Assembly: GCA_038230375.1 (NCBI GenBank)
Contig: JBBRNJ010000075.1
Span: 1-44,460, forward strand
From: Polyangiales bacterium
GTDB lineage: Bacteria; Myxococcota_A; Polyangia; Polyangiales; Polyangiaceae
Reading direction: 5' to 3'
DNA length: 44,460 nt
Below, one piece after another: positions 27,347 through 37,500 of the stretch (its first letter is position 1; every line of letters begins with the position of its first letter). The notes under the pieces were generated by a model. It was given only the letters and a program-made list of their open reading frames with translations, was not told where the DNA came from and did not search any database. Position numbers and translations under genes: made by a program.

Positions 27347-29734
27347 ATGGACGTTCGGTGTGAGAAATGCCAGACGGAGTACGAGTTCGATGACGCGCTC
27401 GTCACGGGCAAAGGGACCTCGGTCAAGTGCACGCAGTGCGGGCACCAGTTTCGCGTCCAGGGCGCGGGCGTCGATGATCGCTGGGTGATCGAGTCGGAGG
27501 CCGGCTCATCGCACACGTTCACATCGATGCGTGAGCTGCAGCGCGCGATCGCTTCGCGCGTGGTCGGGCGTGGAGATCTTCTGGTGCGGAATGGCGCACG
27601 CCGCGCGCTCGGATCCATCGTCGAGCTCGTTCCGTTCTTCGACGAACAACCGCGCGCCCACGCGAAGACGATCCCTGGCGTCGAGGCGCCCGGCCCCAAC
27701 TCGTCGCCACTCGCGACCACGAACTTCACGGAGCCAGCTGGCAATCCGAACAAGGGCAACACCAAGAGGCCGCCGCCCGTCGCGCAGGTCGGTGTGTCCA
27801 CGGATCCCGTCCACGCACCGCCCACCGTGCGCGATCCGAACACGCGACCGCCGCCGGCGAATCACACACCGAACCCGATGACCACGACGGTGAAGCTGCC
27901 CGCCGTTTCCCAGCCGCCTCCGGTGCCGATGCGCTCGCGCACGGCGACGCTCCGGCCGCAGGAGGGCGTCGCGCCTCCGCCGATGCCCCACGTGAAGCGC
28001 CTCAAGGACGGGCACCATTCGGAGCCCGTTAGGCGGTCGAACCCGCCTCCGCCTCCGTTCTCGGACACCGGCCTGGACAGTGTCGATAGCGGCAGCGCGC
28101 TCGAAGAGGACATCGACCGCGCCGAGCTCGCGATGGGAGCACCGAAGATCCCCCGTCTGCCGCCGCCGGACATCGACTTCTCCACGCCTCTCCCGCCGGT
28201 CGCCCGCACAGGCACCAGCGTGCCCGTGTCGAAGGCGGCGCGCCCGTCCGAGCCGGACGAAGAAGATGACGATGCGGCGCCGAACCTGGCCGCGGCGCTG
28301 TCACGGAGCGGTGGTGGCGGTCGTCGCTACACCGGCTTCGTCGTGGCTCTCCTCGTGATGGGGGTCGTGGGTGGCGGCGGTTTGTACTGGATGAAGACCC
28401 ATCCGACGGGCGCGTCACCCACGGATGCCCCGGTTGCGAGCAGTACCCTCGATCCGAAGGCGCAAGAGTACCTCTCCGCCGGTGAGCGCGCGCTGTCGGA
28501 AGGCAACCTGGAGCTCTCCAAAGAGAAGCTGGACAAGGCGAGCGCGCTGGCCGAGAAGGACCCGCGCGTTCTTGTCGCCGTGGCTCGCCTCGATGGCGCG
28601 CGCGCAGAGCTTCCGTGGCTCCGCCTCCGCCTCTTGCCGCCCGACGCAAAGGACGACGCGACCGTCGCGAGGCGCGATCTCGACGAAACGGTCACCCGCG
28701 CCAAGGCCTCTGCGGAGGCCGCGTCCGCTGCGGATCCCGCAGGTGTTGGAGCGCTCCGCGCAAAGGTCGACGCGTACCGGCTCGCTGGCGACAAGGCGAA
28801 GGTGCAGTCCTTCGTGGGCGAGCTGGCCGCGAAGCCCAAGGACTCGGAGACCGCCTTCGTGCTGGCGATGATCGATCTCCAGGAGCCCGACTCGGTGCCG
28901 CTTCCCAACACGATCAGCCGCCTCCGCGAGGCAACGGAGATCGATGGCTCCGGTCGCTCGCGCGCGGCCCTCGTCTATGCGCTGGCGCTCATGGGGGATC
29001 CGGCGTCGGCACGGACGGAGCTCGACCGCCTCGCCGCGCGCGAACGACCGCATCCGCTCCTCACCCAGCTTCGTGCGTTCATCGCGCGCGCCCCATCCAA
29101 GGTGGCGAAGGGTGACGGCGGCCTCGTGGCCATGGGCACCGACCCCGGGACGTTGCCGGTCGCCTCCGCTGGTGGTGGTGCCGGTGGTGCCGGTGGTGCC
29201 GGTGGTGCCGGTGGGGGTGGCGGTGCTGACGTGCCGCTCACTGGCGACTCTCGCGCGCTCGTGGGCGCTGGTGACAGCGCGCGTGCCAAGGGTGATCTCG
29301 CCCGCGCGAAGAAGGCCTACGAGGCGGCCCTCGAGAAGAATCCGTACGACTCCGAAGCGCTCGCTGGCCTTGGAGAGGTCGCCCACCGGGAAGGCGATCT
29401 GCCAACGGCGAAGGCCGAGTTCAAGCGCGCCATCGCAGTGAATCCGCGCTTCCTGCCTGCCCTCGTTGGTCTCGGTGACACCGAGTGGGAATCGGGCAAT
29501 CAGGCGGCCGCGCAGCGCATCTACAAGGAGATCACGGACAACTATCCGGACGTGGCGTACCCCGCGCGCGTGAAGGAGCGCGCAGAGACGAAGGCTCCCC
29601 CCACGCCGCCGACCCCGCCGCCCACGGAGCCCGAGAAGAAGGATCCGCCGCCGCAGCCGCCCACGCCTCCCGCAGCCCCGCCGCAGCTGACCGTGCCTGC
29701 GACCGCTGTTCCACCCGCCGGCGGGGCGCCTTGA
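27347..29734 (+). CDS. MJ0042-type zinc-ribbon / GYF-like / TM / periplasmic TPR protein (795 aa)
   Basis: MDVRCEKC..VKCTQCGHQF; a GYF_2-like stretch (WVIE..ELQRAI..LGSIVELVPFF); Pro-rich linker; TM FVVALLVMGVVGGGGLYW; C-terminal TPRs (YEAALEKNPYDSEALAGLG). Confidence 0.88.
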   Translation: MDVRCEKCQTEYEFDDALVTGKGTSVKCTQCGHQFRVQGAGVDDRWVIESEAGSSHTFTSMRELQRAIASRVVGRGDLLVRNGARRALGSIVELVPFFDEQPRAHAKTIPGVEAPGPNSSPLATTNFTEPAGNPNKGNTKRPPPVAQVGVSTDPVHAPPTVRDPNTRPPPANHTPNPMTTTVKLPAVSQPPPVPMRSRTATLRPQEGVAPPPMPHVKRLKDGHHSEPVRRSNPPPPPFSDTGLDSVDSGSALEEDIDRAELAMGAPKIPRLPPPDIDFSTPLPPVARTGTSVPVSKAARPSEPDEEDDDAAPNLAAALSRSGGGGRRYTGFVVALLVMGVVGGGGLYWMKTHPTGASPTDAPVASSTLDPKAQEYLSAGERALSEGNLELSKEKLDKASALAEKDPRVLVAVARLDGARAELPWLRLRLLPPDAKDDATVARRDLDETVTRAKASAEAASAADPAGVGALRAKVDAYRLAGDKAKVQSFVGELAAKPKDSETAFVLAMIDLQEPDSVPLPNTISRLREATEIDGSGRSRAALVYALALMGDPASARTELDRLAARERPHPLLTQLRAFIARAPSKVAKGDGGLVAMGTDPGTLPVASAGGGAGGAGGAGGAGGGGGADVPLTGDSRALVGAGDSARAKGDLARAKKAYEAALEKNPYDSEALAGLGEVAHREGDLPTAKAEFKRAIAVNPRFLPALVGLGDTEWESGNQAAAQRIYKEITDNYPDVAYPARVKERAETKAPPTPPTPPPTEPEKKDPPPQPPTPPAAPPQLTVPATAVPPAGGAP
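29174..29209 (+). repeat. 9-bp coding tandem repeat (GGA linker)
   Basis: GGTGGTGCC exact four times. Confidence 0.9.
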
Positions 29735-31578
29735 AAGGCGTGGCCCGCGCGGCCCGCATGCTCCGCGGCACCAGCGTGGCGCTCCTGTTGGTCGGCCTTC
29801 TTGCACAAGCGGGCTGCGAAGGGCGCGCACCCGAAACGAACGCGAAGGGGGAGGCGAAGGTCGAGAAGCGCCACTCCGGTCCGAAGGTGGCGGTGCTCGA
29901 TCTATCCTCCGGCGCGCCAGAGGAAGCAGATGGCGGTTTTCTGGGCCTGCCCGCGAAGCATCGGAGCTTCGGCGAGCTCATCGCGGCGCTCGACGACATC
30001 GAGCACGACAAGGACGTCCGCGGGGTCATGGTGCGCTTCGGTAGCGGACAGGTCGGCCTTGCGCGTTCTCAGGAGCTTGGTGATCGGCTCTCCAAGATAA
30101 GAGAGAAGACTCCCATATATTGTCATGGGGACGGTTTCACGAACTCGACCCTGATGCTCGCCGCGCGTGGCTGTTCGAAGATCTTCGTGGCGCCGTCCGG
30201 CGAGGTCGAGGCGGTCGGCATTGCCGCGCAGCTCATCTACCTGCGCAAGCTCCTGGCCGACGAGCTCAAGGTCGATATCGACTTCCTGCAGGTCGGCAAG
30301 TTCAAGGGTGCGGAGGAGCCGCTCACACGTGACGGACCGAGCCCCGAGGCGCGGGAGTCGCTCGAGTCCGTGCTGCGCGATCTACGTGCCATCTGGCTCG
30401 ACGGTATCAAGGCCGGCCGCAAGCGCCCCGGAATCGAGGACGCCGCGGAGGACGGCCCGTACGGCGCCCAGAAGGCGAAGGCCGCCGGTCTCATCGACGA
30501 CGTGAAGTACAGCGACGACGCGGCCACTGCGCTGCGCGATGAGGTCCACGCCGTTCGTGACGAGACCTTCTTCGGTCGCGGCGCGTCGGCCGACCGCCCA
30601 GACGACCTGGATGACATCGTCCGAATGCTCGCCGGCAGCAGCGACGAGAGCGGCCCGATCGCGCTCGTTCGTGCCTCAGGCAGCATCTCCATGGAGGGCG
30701 GCGGCTCGCTCGGCGGAAGCTCCGGAATCACCGACAAGGAGTTCTCGCCCATCATCGCCAGGCTGGAGAAGGACGACGCGGTGAAGGCCGTCGTGCTCCG
30801 GATCGACTCTCCCGGCGGGTCCGCGCTCGCGTCCGACCTCATGTGGCACCGTCTGATGAAGCTCCGCGCGAAGAAGCCGCTGGTGGTCAGCGTTGGCGAC
30901 ATGGCGGCAAGCGGCGGGTACTACCTGGCGTCCACCGCGGACGTGATCTTCGCCGACCCCGCTTCCATCGTCGGCTCCATCGGGGTGGTGGGCGGAAAGT
31001 TGGGTATCGGGTCCGCGGTCGGCCGCTTCGGCGTGCATGCGGAGACGTTCCCGGCGAGCCCGAAGCCTGGCGCTGGGGCGCGTGCCGCGTACATGAGCGC
31101 GTTCACTGCGTGGGACGATCCGACGCGTGCGCGCATCCTGGAGAGCATGACCGAGATTTACGAGCTCTTCCTCGCTCGCGTGTCGGAGGGCCGTAAAATC
31201 ACGGTCGAGACCGTCGCGGCGAGCGCGGAGGGCCGAATCTTCAGCGGTCGGCAGGGCAAGGAACGGAAGCTCGTCGACGAGCTGGGCGGCCTCACGGAGG
31301 CCATCGCGAAGGCCCGCGAGCTGGCCAAGCTGCCGAAGGATGCGCGCGTGGCGATCATCTCCGGCAATCGGGGATTCCTTGGTGGCGGCGGCTCTGACGG
31401 GGCGGACGAGCGGGTGAACGGCGCCGCGCGCGGGGCTGCGCAGGCGCAGGTTCATGTCGAGGCGGCGGCAGCCCGCCGGCTGGCTCCCGGGCTCGTGCCA
31501 TTCGCCGAAAACCTGCTCCAGCTCGGGGCAGGCGAAAGAACGCTAACGGCGATGCCTTTCGCGCTCGAAGTTCGATAG
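29731..31578 (+). CDS. sppA: Signal peptide peptidase SppA (S49, two-domain type)
   Basis: VGKFKGA (Lys of the dyad), LRIDSPGGS, MAASGGYY (Ser), IVGSIGV, AEGRIFSG, LVDELGG. Start is TTG 29731 (TTGA overlap) or ATG 29758. Lipobox-like AQAG-C. Confidence 0.92.
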   Translation: MKGVARAARMLRGTSVALLLVGLLAQAGCEGRAPETNAKGEAKVEKRHSGPKVAVLDLSSGAPEEADGGFLGLPAKHRSFGELIAALDDIEHDKDVRGVMVRFGSGQVGLARSQELGDRLSKIREKTPIYCHGDGFTNSTLMLAARGCSKIFVAPSGEVEAVGIAAQLIYLRKLLADELKVDIDFLQVGKFKGAEEPLTRDGPSPEARESLESVLRDLRAIWLDGIKAGRKRPGIEDAAEDGPYGAQKAKAAGLIDDVKYSDDAATALRDEVHAVRDETFFGRGASADRPDDLDDIVRMLAGSSDESGPIALVRASGSISMEGGGSLGGSSGITDKEFSPIIARLEKDDAVKAVVLRIDSPGGSALASDLMWHRLMKLRAKKPLVVSVGDMAASGGYYLASTADVIFADPASIVGSIGVVGGKLGIGSAVGRFGVHAETFPASPKPGAGARAAYMSAFTAWDDPTRARILESMTEIYELFLARVSEGRKITVETVAASAEGRIFSGRQGKERKLVDELGGLTEAIAKARELAKLPKDARVAIISGNRGFLGGGGSDGADERVNGAARGAAQAQVHVEAAAARRLAPGLVPFAENLLQLGAGERTLTAMPFALEVR

Positions 31579-31589
31579 ATTCGGGGAAC

Positions 31590-34500
31590 ATGCAGCCAGC
31601 TTCCGTCGGCAGAGTCTCCATGAGACCGCGCGGCTCCCAGCGGCCCCTCGTACGGAGGACCGGCCGCCGTGCCGACTACGCGCTCTTGCGCGCGAAGATC
31701 GATGCGGCCCACGCTGCGGCGGATCTTCCCGCCGAGCGCGACGCGTGCCTGCTGCTCGCGCGCCGGCTTGCGGCGAAGGGCCGTGATCTGGGCGAAGCCA
31801 CGGAGCTCGCCGCGCGCGCGCTCTCGATCCAGTGGGACGCGGAGACCCAGCGCGAGGTGTCGTCATGGCTCGAGAGCCTGGGCGACCATGCGCTCGCGGC
31901 GTCCTCGCTCCGGCGCGTGGCGGAGACGGTGACGGACCCGCGGAAGGCCGTGTCTCTCCGCATCAAGGTGGGCGTGTTGCGGGCGCGTGCGGGCGACGCG
32001 TCGGGCGCGGCAGAGGCGTTTCGCGAGGCCTCCCAGCTCGAGCAGTCGGACAGCCTTGCGCTGGAGCTCCTTGGCACCCTCGCTGCGTGGGCACCGTCGG
32101 AGGTGTCGCCGCGCACAGCATCCGAAGCGTACGCGATCGCTGCCGAGCGGCGGGCGCTGGCGGGCCAGAAGGACGCCGAGCTCGAGGACCTGCTGCGCGG
32201 CTTCGAGGCCGACTCGTCGTGCCCGATCGTCTCGTTCGCGCTCGCGGATGCGCTCGGAGCTGCGGGCAGGCACGGCGCCGCGGACGAGGTGCTTCGCGTA
32301 CATCAGAGTGTCTGCCAGCGGCCGGGCGGCGTGCGCGACGATCGGGTTCGGCGCGCGCTTGCCGCCGGTGAGCCGCAGCTCGCCCTCGCAGCGGCCGTGG
32401 ACGCAGGTGATGACTCGAACGTGAGCGGCGAGGAGACCGACGCCTTCGATGATCTCCTCCAGCGCCTCTCGCTCTTCGAGCCCATCGCCGCGCGTCTCGA
32501 GGTGCGTGCATGCATGGTGTCCGGCGCGTCACGCGCCCGCGTGTTGCTGTCTCTCTCGCGCGTCACCGGCGGCCCGCTTGCCAGTCCGCTGCGGTCCGCG
32601 CGCGCGTGGGCCTCCGCGCTGACATCCGACCCCTCCGTGGAGCTCATCGTGCGCGGACAGGAGCTCGCACGCGATGCCGGCCCTGTCGTGATGGATGCGC
32701 TCACGGACGTGGTCCTGGGCGACGCCGCGAAGGAGGTCCGCCTGGCGGCCTCGCGGGTGCTCGCAGAGCTGGCGGAGGAGCGTGCGGAGACCGCGCTCGC
32801 CCATTTCGCATACGAACGCGGCGCCGCCCTTGATCCAGGAAGCTCGCTCTACCCTGCAGGTGTCCTGCGTCTGCAGCCGGCGCTGCTGCGGCTCCGCGAA
32901 GAGGCCGAGATCCTTCGTCGCTCGCTCGAGGTGACCGAGGGCGCGGCGCGCGCGCCGCTGCTTGCGAGCTTCATCGGCCAGATCCGATCGATGCCCGACG
33001 AGATGCAGGCGCTCTCGCAGTCCCTCACGGAGCTGACCGCGCTGGCACCCGCGGATCGCACCGCGCGTGGTGAGCTGTTCCGGCTCTGTCTGCGCAAGCA
33101 CGACTGGGCGGTCGCCAAGACCCTGCTCGCCGCCGAGGACAGAGCACGCGAGAAGGCGGAGTACGCGAGCACGCTGGCGTTCGAGCTGGGGCGCGCCGGT
33201 GACATCGTGGCGGCGAGCGAGATCCTCACGCTCGTGACGACCAACTCGGAGCGCGTCGCGGCGGCCACCTGGATGCTGGGGGCAGTGAGCGGTGACGAGT
33301 CCACGCGTGCTCGCGGGTTGCTGTCGTTCGCGGACCACAGCCCCGCCCAGGTGCGGGCGACGTTGCTCGCGCTCGGCGGGGGCCTCGCGCTGGCCACGCG
33401 TGATCGTGAAGCTGCGCTGGGCGCCGCAGAGGCCGCGTGTCAGGCAGATCCACGCTGTGTGCGCGCCGTCGTGCTGCTGTCCGAGTGCGTCGCGCCGGAT
33501 CACAAGCGGACGTACGCGCAGGTGATGGAGCGCGCTCTCACGCTCTCGGTCCCCCGGAGCCAGCTGTGCATGAAGCTGGCGCGCGCGCTCGCGGACCTCG
33601 GGGAGGCTGACGGGGCGATCGCATGGACGCGGCGGCTCCTTGCGCTGCGCCCCGGTGATTTGCAGGCGATCGACGAACTTTCGAACCTCATCCTGGAAGG
33701 ACGCGACGCCGGTAAGATCGCTGACACCCTCGCGTGGGTGCTCTCCCAGCCGGAACCATCGCGCTCGCTGTCGGAGCTGGGGGCGCGCGTGCTGGGACGG
33801 CTCGCGGACCTGGATACCGAACGCGCCGTGGTGTTCGCGCGCCGTGCCCTCGAGGTGCTTGGCGTCCGCCACGAACTCCTTCGGGACGCGCTGCTGCTCA
33901 CCGCGGAGCGCGCCGGCAACGCCGCGCTCATGGCGACCGTGCTCGAGCGGTGGCTCGGCTCGGGCGCCGCCCCCGCAGAGCGCGCGGACATCTATTTTCG
34001 GCTCGCGAAGGCATATCGTGCGATCGGTGATCGCGACGCCGAGGCGCACGCGATCGTACGCGCGCTCGACGAGGGAGCTCGCAAGGAGGACGTGCAGACG
34101 CTGGTTCGCGATCTCTCCGTCGCCACGCTCTCGGCCGAGGGCGAGCTCTCGTGGCTCTGCGCGCGGGTGCTGGTCGCGGACGACGAGTCGCGAGCCGAGG
34201 CAAGTCGCGAGTATGCTGCAGCGCTCTTCGACCTCGCACAGGATCATCGCGGCGCCGCCCGGGCCCTGGTTGACGCGGGCGACGATGCAGAGTCCACCGT
34301 GCGCGATGCGGTGGAGCTCTTCGGTTTGGACCGCGCGCTTGCTCTACTCTCCGAGTTTGCGGGTGAGACGAGCAAGGTCGAGACCCGGGCGTCCATCCTG
34401 AGAGAGTCCGCGCGCGCCGGGCTCGTTGCGGGTCGCTGCGGCCTTGCGTTCCAGCTTGCCGTCGCAGCACTGGAGGCCGATCCGGAGCGCGCGGTGCCAC

Positions 34501-37500
34501 TGGAAATCGCCGAGGCGAGCGCGCTCAAGGCCAGCATGTGGACGGAGCTCACGGAGCTCTACGACCGCGTAGCCGCGCGCGCGCTTGGACGCTTCGGACG
34601 AAGGGCAGCCCATTTTCGCGGCGCTCGATTCTTCGAGACGATCCCGGATGAACGCGTGAAGAGCCTCGCGTTCAAGCACGCAAGCCTGGCGTTTGGTGCG
34701 GTCCCATCGGAGAAGACGCTCGAGGTGCTCGCGCGTACTGCGACCCTTGCCAATGAGCGCGAGGCGGGCGCGCGCGTCGTCGCTGAGGTTGCCGAGAGCG
34801 TGCGTCGCGCGCCAACGCGGGCTGCGTGGCTCATTCGCGCCGCTGAGGTCGCGCCCGAGGACGAAGACGGACTACGCCAGCGCGTGGACCTCCTCCTCCG
34901 CGCGGTCGTGTCGTCGACGGAGCGTGCGACCTTCGCGCCGCTGGTCGAGACGGCGCGGCGGCTCCTCGAGTTGAGCCCGGGAGATCGCGACGTGATCGCG
35001 CTCCGGACCGAGCGCGCGGCGTCGGCGCTCGGCAAGAAGACCGAAGGGCCCGAGGGCGCGCGGCTCGCGCTCGCGTTCGCAGAGCTTGCGGTCTCCGTGC
35101 TGTCGGACGCCAACCTGGCGTGGCGCTCCATCCTCCGCGCGATCAAGCAAGATGGCGACATCGACGAGTACGAGCGCCTGCTTCCGTACGCGGAGGTGCT
35201 CGCGCGCGACGGCGAGGTCGCAGCGTCGATGAAGACCGCGATGGGCGAGGCGGAGAAGCCCTCTTCGAACGTTGGTCTAGCGGCGCTCAAGCTGCTCGGG
35301 CAGATAGGCAAGCTGTGCGAGTCGCACGACGTACGCGCGCGCGCGCTCGTCATGGCCGTGGAGCGCGAGTCCGACGACGACAGCCTTGTTCTGGAGGCAC
35401 ACGAGGCGGCCGTCATGTCCATGAACCCCACCACGCTTGCTCGCCTGGAGAAGAAGGTCGGCACGAAACGGCTCGACGAGGTCGTACCGAATCGGCGCCC
35501 GAGCGGCGAGATGCAGGCCGTGAAGCCGCTGTCGAACCTGCCCGCCCTCGAAGAAGGCGCGCAGTCGGAGTCGCTCGCGGTCATCAGCTCGGTCGGCCCG
35601 GAATCGCCGTCTCCCACGCTCGCGGAGCCCGTGTTCGACCCGATGCCCATGCCCGCAAGCGAGCCCTTTGCAGTGCCACCGTCGCTGGCGATCGAGCCGG
35701 TCGCGTCGATGCCTGCCGACACCATTCCTGGCGTGGGCCAGCCTGTTCATCACGACTATGCACCTGGCGCCGTGATCCGGGAGCCTCACGGCGGCGACCT
35801 GCCACCGCCTGCCGTCGACGACGCCGTACCCGTTGCGCTCTCCACACGCGCCCCACCGATGTCCGTGGTCGACGACGGCCTCGAGGAGCAGCTCGCCCTC
35901 GACGAGCGATACGAGGAGCTCGCCACCGTCCTCGCACGCCGCGAGGCGCGCCTCGTGAGCCGTGGGGACGACGACCGGGTCCGCGCTCTGCGCTTCCGGC
36001 TGGCCGCTGTCCTGGAGCAGCGCGTCGGCAACATCCAGGAGGCAAAGAAGGCGCTCGAACGCATCCTCGAGGACGATCCCGAGAACGACGGTGCGCTCCG
36101 CTATCTGGCCGACCTCTGCGAGCGACATCCAACGCTCGGCCTCATGGAGTCCGCGGCGCGCGCGCTGCTGGCGCTGCTGTCGTCCGCGACCGACGAGGAG
36201 AAGTCCGGCATGACGCTGCGCCTTGCGCGCGCGTACATTGCCCTGGGCCGCGTGGAGTCTGCGGTTGCACTCGCACGCACGCTCACGGACCCCGAGTCGT
36301 TCGACGCTCTCGACCTGGCCGTGGAGCTGGCGCGTGCGACGGACGCTCATTCGGACCTGGGGCGCGCGCTCGAGGCACGCGCATACGCCGAGCAAGACGA
36401 TGTGCGGCGCGCGCGCTTCCTCGAAGAGGCGGCCACCGCCGCTCTTGCTGCCGGCGAGCTGGACGTGGGCCTCGCGCGCGTCCGGAAGGCGATCTCGATC
36501 GCGCCACTGCGACCCGAGACGGCGCTGCTCAGCGCCGAGCTCGCATACCGTGCGCGTGGTGTGGGCGCACCCGACGAGGCGCGCGCCATGGCGGAGTCGC
36601 TCGCCGCCCTTGGCGAGATGGACGCAGCGCACCGCGAGCTGGCCACGTTCCTGCGCGCCGAGGCGCTCGATGCCGTCATGGGGCGCGGCGCGGGGCTCGA
36701 CCTCTTGCGCGCATACCCGAATCCTTCTGCTCCGCTCATCGCGCTCGGCATCGCGGAGCGGTATTCGCGCACGGCGCGCTACGCAGACGCACTCCCGCGC
36801 TTCGCGCAGGCGCTCAACGGTGATCTGCGCGGGCTTCGTGGGCGCGAGCGCGTCGCTCTTGCCGCGGCAGAAGCAGCGCTGAAGGACGGCGACGTGGGCG
36901 CGGCGCAGCTCTATCTGGAGCAGGCGGCGAAGGATCCGGCGCTTGCGGACATGGTCACGCAGCGGCGTATAGAGCTCGAGCGGCTCTCACAGCGTCCCAC
37001 GTTCCCGAACTACCGGGACGTGGAGGATGACGAGGCCGTTCCACTTTCGCTCATCTCGAACCGTGCCCCCAGCGCCACCAACGCTCCCGGCACGGAAGAG
37101 GCGCCCATTCCGCTCCAGTCCACCGCTACGCGGCCAGAGCCGGAGGCGCCGATCATGCTCGAGCAGGCAGCTCGGGTAGAGCCCGAGGCGCCGATCGCGC
37201 TCGAGCCCACAGAGCGCGTGGAGGCCGAGGCGCCGATCATCTTGAAGTCCGTCCTGCAAGACGGCGCGCGTGTCGTGCCCGCCGCGGAGGAGCCGCCTCC
37301 CATCCCCGACGAGGTCCTTGCCGCAGCCATCCGTCAGTCGTTCTACCCAGAGGCGGTCGACTCCGCGCCACCGACGCAGGTCGACATTGCGCCGATGGGC
37401 GGGATGCAGCCGACGCCAGTACCCACGACCGTGCGAGAAGCCGAGCGAGAAGCCGAGCGAGAAGCCCCACCACCAGACGCGGCCATTGTCGAACCCGCCT

